From positions 36,892,001 through 36,956,000 of the forward strand of contig NC_058368.1 in assembly GCF_018350175.1 (NCBI RefSeq): DNA of 64,000 nt, written 5' to 3'. Source of the DNA: Felis catus. Taxonomy: Eukaryota. The notes under the pieces were generated by a model. It saw nothing but the letters and a program-made list of their open reading frames with translations, searched no databases and had not been told where the DNA came from. The position numbers were made by a program, and so were the translations under genes. Positions 1 through 10,659 of this stretch are shown here, piece after piece. The first letter of the stretch is position 1, and each line of letters opens with the position of its first letter.

Positions 1-210
1 CTTACACTACAAGAATTTTTTATCTTTAAATTTCTTCAAGCAGAAAGAAAATAATACCAGGTAAAAAGTTGAATCTATACACGGGCCAGAAGAAAATAGA
101 AATGGTAAATATATAGGTAAAAGAGACATCGGCATTATTGTAAAAATACCTTAAAAGATAATTGACAGTTAAAAGCATAAATAATAATGTATTATGGAGT
201 TTCTAACATA
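1..210 (+). mobile_element. Old L1 fragment (ORF1 3' end / inter-ORF region)
   Basis: ctacaagaa...ttcttcaagcagaaagaaaataataccag...aatggtaaatatataggtaa resembles the L1M ORF1 terminus; highly degenerate. Confidence 0.55.
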
Positions 211-519
211 TTTTTGGTTTTTTTAGTATTCACCTTTATTAATTTTCTCCAGAGTATTCTGGCCCAGAGATACGGTTCTTATTAAATACTGCACAGTGAA
301 TAATAAAAGTGTTGCTGCTCACCTTATCTTGTCCCAGGAGAAGTATGATTACCTCTGCAATGAGGTAATGGAAGTGAAGTCATATGTCCTACAAAAGTAG
401 CTAGATATTCTATGGATGAGGGATGAAGAAAAATGATTTTTCTCTGCTTATAAAGAGGAAAAGAGATTAATACCCCATTAAGAGATGGGGTGTTGGTATG
501 GACATATCCTCTATATAAT

Positions 520-590
520 AGACTTCTGTGGAACTGTACACTTAAAATCTGTGCATTTCATTGCATGCAAATTTTATCTTAACAAAAAGT
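520..590 (+). mobile_element. Old L1 3' terminal fragment
   Basis: gaactgtacacttaaaatctgtgcatttcattgcatgcaaattttatcttaacaaaaa matches L1MC/ME-type 3' ends. Confidence 0.55.
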
Positions 591-2126
591 AGCTAGAAAA
601 CAGAAAGCTTTATTTAACTTTTATTTCTAAGTAAATAAGTAATAGGGAGTTTTCTATCTAATGGTTTATAAGGAGAATTTATGGACCTAAGAATTTTTTT
701 CTTTTACTGTGTAATAAAAGACATCATTATATATTTCACATTTCTGTTACTGATTCTAAGTCCTTGACTGGTATTTTAAATATTTGCAAGGATTGTCGTG
801 TCTCTAACAATATGGTAAAACATAGATTTTGAACTTTAACATGGCAAAAATGGTCATTGAAATATCAAATACAGTCACAACAACAAAAGTCAACTTGTTA
901 GTCACTTTGATGAAGAGTTTTTCAATAATGGCCTTATGGGTCGGTGAGAAGAATGGAAGAAGAATGGGGGGATAGAACTTCCCCCTTGTTCTATCCTGTA
1001 TCATGCTTTTGGGTAGACACAATGTCTGTGTATAAAATATATATTGAAAACATACAGTTGTAACCATGCCATATCAATAGCACATGTTTCTTTCCCAATG
1101 ACTTCTTACCATGCTCTGGATAAAGTCTACTTCTCATGATGAATATGAACTCAATTCTGCTTTCTCTTCTTCCTAGCCCTCCCAATATTCCCATCCCTCT
1201 ATTGAATTGTTTCATGGCATGCTAATTTCTTCCAGTATGCTTTTTTTTATAAGATGTTTAAAAAAATATCTATGACTCCCCTATTTCTTGTCCACGTGAC
1301 AAATCCGAAATATGTTTTAATTCTCAGACCAAAGGTCATTTCATTGAAGAATTATGTAATCCTCTCTTGACATAGGCAAAAAGTTAAATATGCTTTTATC
1401 TATGTCCATTATAGTGTCTTGCACATATCTCTTCTAAGCAGCTAGTGTTTTATTTCAGTCTTTGCTTATTTATCTGCCCTCATGCTCAGCCCTGAGCACC
1501 ATGAAGATGAATCTTCACTGTATCCTTTTTTTCAGTAGCACCTATATAATTTCACACATTTAATATCTATAGCTAGACAATGTATACATTAGATTTTCAT
1601 TTCACTTAGGTGGTTTGTTTCTGGTTAGGGATGTAACCATTTATGTTCATGACACACTTTAAAAAACATCTTAGAAGTAATGAAAAATTTATCAGACCCT
1701 AAACTAGAGAAAATGAAAATACACTGATGGAGGGAAAAAAAAAGATTTGCTGAGAAATAGGGAATGGGGACTATTATTGTTTAAGTTACTGTATTCTTTT
1801 CTTTCCACAAGATTGTTTTGTGAAAAAGTAATCCACTAGGTTATATCTGGAAGCCAAAACTTAGATGCCAACAGACCATGATCACCTCAACCAGAGTAAG
1901 TGTTGTTTCACATGGTACAGTAGAAGCCAGGTTATTGAGGAAGAATCTCGGTTGCTGGACAGTGTCTTATTTCGTGGCCTTTTAAGTATGCAAAGTTACC
2001 AATTTCTTTAAGGAGGATTTTAGACTCCTTAAAATATCATACTACAATTGCAACGAAAAACTCAATTTAAAGTTTCCTGTGACTCCTCAGTTCCTTTAGT
2101 CTTACTTTAACAACTGCACATTTCTT

Positions 2127-2321
2127 TTCTATTTTTGTTAACGTTCATTCATTTTTGAGAGAAGGGGGGAGGGAGGGGAAGAGAGAGAGGGAGACAGAGG
2201 ATCCTAAGTGGGCTGTGCCCTGTTAGCAGTAAGCCCGATGCAGGGCTCAGACTCATGGACCATGAGGTTATGGCCTAAGCTGAAATTGGACGCTCGACTG
2301 ACTGAGCTACCCAGGTGCCCC
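2127..2321 (-). mobile_element. Can-SINE
   Basis: Antisense tRNA-derived head (ccaggtgcccc), GA-rich tract, T-rich tail; TSD acaact[g/t]cacatttctt at 2110-2126 and 2322-2338. Confidence 0.95.
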
Positions 2322-2659
2322 ACAACTTCACATTTCTTAAGATCTAGAAGGAAAAAATGCTGTAGGCTTAACTGGAAAAATCCAACTTAGGTGTGGTTAA
2401 TACGTATCTAGAGACCACAGAAGATCTCACTTGAGACTATGTCAGACATGCCTGATCAGTCTCACTACTGTTTCCTATTAAGTGCACACTCATATTCAAA
2501 ATTCCTCCTAACACAGACCTACAAGCAGCTACCATCAATCATGGTCCAGTGGAAGATTGGAGAAAACCCCTTTGTCACACAAGGACATTATAGAGAAGCT
2601 AATTTTTCTTTACAATAGCAATGAATTCTATAACTCACGGGTTGCAGTCACTAGAGTCA

Positions 2660-2895
2660 CGCTATGGGCAGCAGAAACTGTGCTAAACTGCTGAATCTGG
2701 ATCAAGGCTACCTGGTTTCATACGTAGCCTGTGACTTATGGGTTGTGTGACCTTGAAATTATTTAACTTCATCCCCAACATTGGGAATAATAATAACACC
2801 CTACCTCATAGGACTGCTGGAGGGACTTTATGAATTAATATCTCTAAATAAAGGGGAATTATTTGTAATAGGAAGGACTGAATAAGTGTTTATTA
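2660..2895 (+). mobile_element. MIR SINE remnant
   Basis: tgtgtgaccttg...ttatttaacttc...aataataataacaccctacctcataggactgctgg is the MIR core. Confidence 0.65.
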
Positions 2896-4293
2896 AATAA
2901 ATTGACAGTTCTAGCTTTTCAGGCTTAAGTAATGACTTTCCTAAAGATAACTACCATTGAGTTGAAAAACAAACAACAATAAGACAAGGATGATGGATTT
3001 TTTCGTATGATAGAGCCCATGTAAATATATATCTTATGAATATACTTTAAAATCATTTTGCAAATTTAATTCTATAGAAATGTCATCAGATGGCAGGAAT
3101 CCAGATATTTTAGTAAAAATGATTAAAATACTGAAGAGACTAATATTTAAAAATGACGCTTGAAAGATAAATACTTTTGCAAAGAGCTGCATCTAGTGGG
3201 TAAATGAACAAAGGAAATGTGAAGTTGAGCTAAGGGAAAGCGTCAAGTGTCAGGAAGAAGCACAAATGAGTAATTTGGGGGCTATGTGGTTGAACTCACT
3301 CTTTACAGTGAAAATAATCTTCCAGCGTTTAGATATGTTGTAATGCTGATGGTATGGGAGTAATTTGGAAGTAAGATAGTTCCCTTTTTGTACTGATGTG
3401 AGGTTAGGTGCTCAGAAAGTATTTGAATGTTCAGTGACTGTTTTTGGAAGGGGCCTCTGAGTTTGTATACGGCCAGAGAGCAAAAACAGACTACTGATTG
3501 AATTTAGCAGACAGAGTGCTTTGAAAGGGAATTTTTTTTTTCTAATTCAGTTTGGTTAATTTGGGGTCTCTTAGGAATCTGAGTGTCTGAAGGAGTTACC
3601 ATAATAGTTATAAGAATTACAAAGGTATCTTTTAAAATTCGAAACAAGAATGAAGGCACTATAGAAAGAATAGCTAAGAAAATGAATTGTAGACATGCCT
3701 TATATTGGCAGACTTCAAGGGGTCTAAGAAAATATTTAAATAGAACAGTATGGGAACACTTTTCAGTGATAGAAATTTTGAAGTTTTTGGTCCATGGATG
3801 GGGATGAAGATTTAAATTTTTTTTCAGTGTCAGTTTAAGGTGCTGGAGCCTATTTCATTGTTAATACACTAATAAAGATTATGCCCCTTTAGAACATGTA
3901 GTCTTAACCCCATTATAGATTTATTGATCTGTACTGTGGCCTTTTGGGGCATTGTTTTAATAAATAAACACATATTTCAGAAAGTACATTTTATGATTGA
4001 TATAAAGCATAGGCCAAGTGGCCTTGACCATGGATTATCTTGAATTCTAAGTACATTTCCACAAGCATTTGCCATTATTTTCACTAATGGTAGAATTAGC
4101 CTTTATAAATGAGTTATTTTAATGGACTTATAAAGTCTTTCAGTGTTAGGACTTTCAAGTCCTTAAATGTATTGGCTCTGTTTCTGCCTGTGAGTGAGGT
4201 TTTTCTTTCAGAAGAGAATCAACTCTTCAACCTACTAAAGGCTTTAAAATACTATAAATTATTGTCCTAATTGAATTTAAGAACCTGGGTTCC

Positions 4294-4707
4294 TGTGTTA
4301 GTCCAGATCCTCTGAGAAGCAAATGCCGAGGCAGCGTTAGACATGTAAGAGTTTTCTTAGGGGAAAATGGGGAGGGAGGGAAGCTAGGAGAGGCTGGGAG
4401 ACCATTAGACTGTACCATTAGGATGTAGCTCTGACCCTGAAGGAGAGAAGTAAAGAAGGAAGGTTGGTGCAAGAGGCTGAGACTGCAGCACTGCTCTGGT
4501 AAATTTGAGCAAGACTGGAGAGTCCCCAGGCCAAGGCTTCCCCATCTCTCAGGAGTAGGCCTTCCTTAGCAGGCTTGCCTTGTTCCATCACTGGCTGGGA
4601 GCATTGCTAGAAGGGGGTGATGGGTTTCAGAGCAGTAGCTGGAGCTGTAGGTCAATTATGCTCTCCATAGGGGAGACCTGAGAGGCACGTCTTCATGGTC
4701 ACCATCA
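4294..4707 (-). mobile_element. ERVL-type solo LTR (LTR16-like)
   Basis: tgtgttagtccagatcctctgagaagcaaatgccgag...catggtcacca; tg...ca ends and about 410 bp length. Confidence 0.65.
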
Positions 4708-6095
4708 TCTTTGTAGGTGAAACATCTATTACCCAGGAAGATTAGACTTCTTATTTATGTGTATTTCCACCTCATCCTTATGAAATCAGGATAACTAACA
4801 TTTATTAATCTGTATATTAGGCACTAAACTGTATATTAGGCACTTTTGTGTATGTAGTCCTTGTTCACCTTTATGGCAGATATAAATATGTTCGTGCTAA
4901 TGATAAAAAATTGAAGCTTGGGGCTACTTAATAATGGGACCCAGAATGCATAGTTAATAATGGGAGGATGATTTAAGTCCAGATTTCTTATACTCCAAAT
5001 TGCCAGCTTTTCCTGTGAAATGATACTGCCCATATTATTTGAAATGTGCTGGGATATAGAAATGTTAAGTGACAGGTCAGAAATCACAGACATGGTTGAC
5101 TTACCAAAACAGTGACAAAAACAGCATTTATACTGCCTTGTCCTATTCACACCTGCCCTCTTTTGGATAATACCTCTGGCTTTTACTTTCTATTTTTCAT
5201 TAAAACCTTTCTGAGAATGTTTTTTCTGAGAATATTGCCCTCTCCTATTATCAAGAAAATGGTCTCTGCTAATGTGACAATAGGTGCTAATGGGCACACA
5301 CCCCATTTCCTGATAGAAGGTCCTTTTATGTCTGACAGGCTTTTGTACATGGAGAAGCACATTCATGATTATTTGTACTTTAATGCTTAGTGTATTAAAT
5401 ACATAAATGTGATAAAACATTTTAAAACATTTTTGGCTTTTAAAAGTAGATTACATATTTTAAATTCTATTAAAATTCAAATATAATTATGAAATTATTA
5501 TCCCTGACACATTACCTTAAATAGAAGGCAAAGAACAAACACAGTTATCACTCAACTAATTACTTTAATTCTATGCAAACCGATTCTGTGATTTAATCAG
5601 TAATTCCATTGGTTCTCTGTTTGCATAATCTTTCAAGTATCATAGCTTTAGTTATTTTGATATCTTTTAAAGGTTTGGCGATATTACTTTCATATAGTTC
5701 CAGAGTTGTAGTTTTCTTAATTGACTCCAAAGAATATCTTCTCTGAGCAGTCAGAGTTTGGGTTCTTGGTTGGAACTTAGATTTTCCTTGTTTCTCCCAA
5801 GGTGATTAAAAACTGAGCTATTGATCTTCAATCTGAACTTCTTTTTGTGTTGTTAAAATTTCAGTGTTAGGTCAGTAATCCTTTTTTTTTTAATTAATAC
5901 CTTTGACATAGGTTTTAGTTGTTTGCAAATCTGCTATCTTCTTTGTTTTATCATTATGAGATGCTGACTTTATTAAAAACATGTGTGGCTTATCAATTGT
6001 GCCACTTAGTTTTTGTTATATTTCATAGGATATTAAGGATTGAGTAAATTGACTTAATCCTTGTTTAGGGTACATTTATTTCATTAATCACTTTT

Positions 6096-6296
6096 GGGGA
6101 GCCTGGGTGGCCCAGTCGGCTAAGCCTCTGACTTCGGCTCAGGTCATGGTCTTGTGGTTCATGAGTTCGAGTCCCGCATCGGGCTCTGTGCTGATAGCTC
6201 AGAGCCTGGAGCCTGCTTCAGATTCTGTGTCTCCCTCTCTCTGCCCCTCCCCCACTTGCTCTCTTTCTCAAAAATAAATAAACATTAAAATAAATT
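6096..6296 (+). mobile_element. Can-SINE
   Basis: ggggagcctgggtggcccagtcgg head, B box gttcgagtc, CT tract, aataaa tail; TSD attaatcacttt at 6083-6094 and 6297-6308. Confidence 0.95.
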
Positions 6297-6608
6297 ATTA
6301 ATCACTTTGGAACACATGGTTGAAGCTCTACTTTGTCATTGGCCTGATTGTGTTGAATGCCCTTTTTTTCCCACCTGCCTGTTATATATGACCAACAGAA
6401 CTGATCAGTCTTTTCTGTTGTTCATAAATTCCTACCTTCGAAAAAACTCAGTTATTCACTATTACTTTTTCTTTTCTGCTTATGCAGGGAAAAGCAAACA
6501 CAGGTCTATATTTTAGAAATGTATAATTAACAGAATAAATATATCAAATATGTACACACACGCATACATACACAAGACCTTCCTCTGTTAAGATAAGGTC
6601 ATCTTAAA

Positions 6609-6811
6609 TTTTTTTGTTAATATTTATTTATTTTTGAGAGAGAGAATGAGTGAGCAGAGAAGGGGAGGGGCAGAGAGTGGGGGACAGAGGATTTGAAATG
6701 GGCTCTGTGCTGACAGCCGTGAGCCTGACGTGGGGCTTGAACTCATGAACAGCAAGAACATAACCTGAGCCGAGTCATGCACTCAATGAACTGAGCCACC
6801 CAAGGTGCCTC
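6609..6811 (-). mobile_element. Can-SINE (first of a tandem pair)
   Basis: Antisense head ctgagccacccaaggtgcctc, GA tract, T-rich tail. Confidence 0.93.
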
Positions 6812-6819
6812 TTAAGTTG

Positions 6820-7044
6820 TTTTTTTTTCCCCCTAAGTTTAGGTATTTATTTTGAGAGAGAGCACGAGAGCATGAGTGGGGAAGGGGTAGAGAGAGAAGG
6901 AGAGAGAGAAAATCCCAAACAGGCTCTGCGCTGTCAGCACAGAGCCTAATGCAGGGCTCAAACTCACGAAACATGAAATCATGACCTGAGCCAAAATCAA
7001 GAGTCAGAGTCAGAGGCCTAACCGACTGAGCCATCCAGGAACCC
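6820..7044 (-). mobile_element. Can-SINE (second of a tandem pair)
   Basis: Antisense head gactgagccatccaggaaccc; has an internal gagtca duplication. Confidence 0.93.
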
Positions 7045-8749
7045 TGGTTGTCTTATTTAATTGTATTTTTTCTACAAATATTTATCTTTACAATTTATAT
7101 TAGCTTTTCTCATTTGAACATCATCATGTACTGAAGTACTAATGTCCTTTTGCAGGTTCATCTTGTTCCAGAACTTATACAGAAAGGTAAAAGTTACTTC
7201 ACTGGAAGAATCACTTTTTAGTTGGCCCCATTGCCTTTATAACCATGACTCGTTCTATTCACTAGCATTACTAGGATATTCTAAATTTGTCATGGAGTCA
7301 GTTACCCTCCACAGAATTCTGGTTCCTTTTAGTGGAGAATGCTGTTAGAGAACAAATCCACAAAAGAAGGGTATATAGGGGAGTTAATGAGAACCAAAAG
7401 TAATGTTGATGTTACTATTGAGCCAACTTTAGTGACAAAGCTTAAAAAATGTTCTCTGTTTATGGTTATGAGTTTTATTGATTTTTTTCAGTTTAACTTG
7501 TTACTATTGCCTGCTTTTTTGGGATAGTATTTCCATTCACACTTGATTCTCGACCTCTTGGGTGAGGTAGTTGCATTTTTATTACGACTTTCTGCATTAA
7601 AATGAAGGTAGAATTCTGATGTCAGGAGTTTGAACAATAATGCTTCACTCAGGCCTCTTGAGTTAAAATATCAACATCATTCAACCATGGATAATAGTTT
7701 CAGTATCACTGCAGACTATGCATAGGAAGGAATGGCAGCTTCTTTTTCCCCCAGATCATGTTATATTGGTAGTTGTCTACTCCACAGCTACTACCCTATG
7801 CAATATATCCAGCACAGGAGGGATTTTAAAGGTACAGAGATTTTCAAAGTTTCCTACAATAGGCAGAAATATTCTTCAATTTGGAGTCTTGGAAATTGTC
7901 AATGCTTGCACATTAATCTGTCTTCTCCTTCTGATTACATTTGTTTCTTGATGAACAATATGGGGTGTAAACAAAAGATAGGCTGCGTGAGGGTGTGGAA
8001 ACATTTGTGGCTAGAATCTCTCAAAGTTTCCTAGGGAGATTAAAGAGATGATACCCAATTGCTGATGATGGGCTAGTAAGAAGCTAAATAATTGAATGGA
8101 GAGGAGTTGGAAAGAAAGAATTAAAGATTAGGCAGACAAATTCAGAAAGAATAAAAAGAACAGCAGTTTACTATATGGACTCTCAATGCTGAATCAAGAG
8201 TTGCAGTGAATCAATACCTAAGGGAATGGCCAGAAAAGCCAAATGATCTCTGTATATACTTTTCCCCAGCATTACAACTAAAACCTACCTAATTACCATC
8301 AACTTTCTCTAAAATGCAATTACATATACAAGCAGTGCCTGACTTTTAGAGGTTTGACTTTCTTAAAACCTACATTTTCATACAGCAAACGTGGTAGCCT
8401 CTTTTGTAAGCTGAATTTCACCATTTATACAGCAGCTGGAAAGAGAACGTTTTGAGGTATTAGGTGCCACTACTCGCTTAGTCTTTTAGAATCATTGTTA
8501 TGTTGTCCACATTACATGTGTTTGCACAACTGTTTGAATCTTAAATTGAACTTACCTTACTTTCTATTAGAAAAAAGAAAAAAATAAATTTGATAATGCA
8601 ACTTTTCATAAGAACAGGCCACGTATATGTGCTATAATTGGGAGAAGGTAGGAAGTCATCTGCCATGTTGAAAGAACAGCAAATCTTTAGCCCCACTGGA
8701 CCTAAATTAAGAAAGAAAGGGGATGATATTAAAACCACAAAACACCAGA

Positions 8750-8971
8750 GGGGTGCCTGGGTGGCTCGGTCAGTTAAGCAGCCAACTTTGGCTCAGGTCA
8801 TGATCTCGTGGTCCGTGAGTTCCAGCCCCGTGTTGGGCTCTGTGCTCTCAGAGCCTGGAGCCTGTTTCAGATCCTGTGTCTCCCTCTCTCTCTGCCCCTC
8901 CCCTGTTCATGCTCTGTCTCTCTCTGTCTCAAAAATAAATAAACATTAAAAAAAATTTAAAAAAACAAAAC
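8750..8971 (+). mobile_element. Can-SINE
   Basis: ggggtgcctgggtggctcggtcagtt head; TSD aaaacaccaga at 8739-8749 and 8972-8982. Confidence 0.95.
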
Positions 8972-9971
8972 AAAACACCAGAAATACATTGTCAAGTACT
9001 GTGAATAAAAGAAATACTTAATTAGGGATTTTATATATATGTATTTTTTTTTAGCTCTTTGGGACTGAAATCTTTTTTTAACATGAAAACTTGATGATTA
9101 AACTTCATCTTTGTGTTAATAGTTTTAGTCTGATTCATGAGGTCTTAGAGCCTCAGCCCTCTTCTTAATTGTTGTTTGTGAGGACTGCTCCAGTCAGGTT
9201 GCTTCTTTTCCTGTATTGGTTTCATCACGAATTTGGTATGCATTAGAAAAAATATAAACGGTGACAATAACAACCAGGCATTTTTCCCCTTTAGGTGAAA
9301 ATCTGAGGAAGCCTCCAATATTGTCATTTTAGTCACAATTTGGAAGGCACTTTAAGATACAGGCATACCTCTGAAATATTTTGACTTTGGTTCCAGATCA
9401 CTGCAATAAGCAAATATCATAATAAAGCCAGCCAAATGAATTGTTTTGGTTTCCCAGTACATACAAAAGTTATATTTACGCTATACTATAGTCTATTAAG
9501 TGTAAAATAGCACCATCTAAAAAATGTGCATACCTTAAGTAAAAAAACACTTTACTGCTAGAAACACTATCATGTGAGCTTTCCTTGAGTTGTAATCTTT
9601 TGGCTGGTAAAGAGGCTCACATTGATGTTGATGGCTGTTTGCTGATCAAGGTGGGGGATGTTGATGGCTGGGCGGCTGTGGCACTTCTTTAAAATACAGC
9701 AACAGTGAAGTTTGCCACATTGATTGTACCTTTCATGAATGATTTCTCTGGAGCACACAGTGTTGTTTGATAGCATTTTACCTATGATAGAACATCTTTC
9801 GAAATTGGAGTCTGTCTTCTCAAACTCTGCTGCTGCTTTATCAACTAAGTGTATGTAATATTCTAAATCCTTTTTCATCATTTCAATAATTTTTAAATCA
9901 TCTTCACCAGGAGTAGCTTCCATCTTCAGAAACCACTTTCTTTGCTCTTCCATAAGAAATAACTCCTCACT

Positions 9972-10181
9972 GGGTTGCCTGGGTGGCTCAATCAGTTAAG
10001 CATTGGACTTCAGCTCAGGTAATCTCACGACTTGGGGTTTGAGCCCCATATTGGGCTCTGTGCTGACAGCTTAGAGCCTGGAGCCTACTTCATATTCTGT
10101 GTCTCTGCCTCTCTCTGCTTCTCCCCTGCTCATGCTCTGTCTCTCTCTCTCTCTCTCAAAAGTAAATAAACATATAAAAAA
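9972..10181 (+). mobile_element. Can-SINE nested in Tigger1
   Basis: TSD aagaa[a/g]taactcctca at 9954-9969 and 10182-10197. Confidence 0.95.
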
Positions 10182-10448
10182 AAGAAGTAACTCCTCATCT
10201 GTTGGAGTTTTATCATGAGATTGCCAGAATTTAGTCACATGTTCAGGCTCCACTTCTAATTTTAGTTTTCTTGTTGTTTCTACCATGTCTGCAGTTACTT
10301 CCTCCACTGAAGTCATGAACCGCTCAAAGTCATCCATGAAGGTTGGAGTCAACTTCTTCCAAACTCCTGTGAATGTTATTTTGACCTTTTCCCATGAATC
10401 ACAAATGTTCTTTATGACTACTTAGAATGGTGAATCTTTCCAGAAAGA

Positions 10449-10659
10449 TTTTTTTTTAAATTTTTTGTTTATTTATTTATTTATTTATTTATTTTGAGAG
10501 AGAGCAGGGATAGGGCAGAGAGGGATAGAGAGAATCCCAGGCAAGTTCACACTATCGGCATAGAGCCTGATGTGGGGCTTGACTCACGAACCATGAGATC
10601 ATGACCTGAGCCGAAACCAAGAGTCAGACGCTTAATTGACTGAACCATCCAGGTGCCCC
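10449..10659 (-). mobile_element. Can-SINE nested in Tigger1
   Basis: Antisense head ccaggtgcccc, (ttta)n tail; ccagaaag present on both flanks. Confidence 0.95.
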
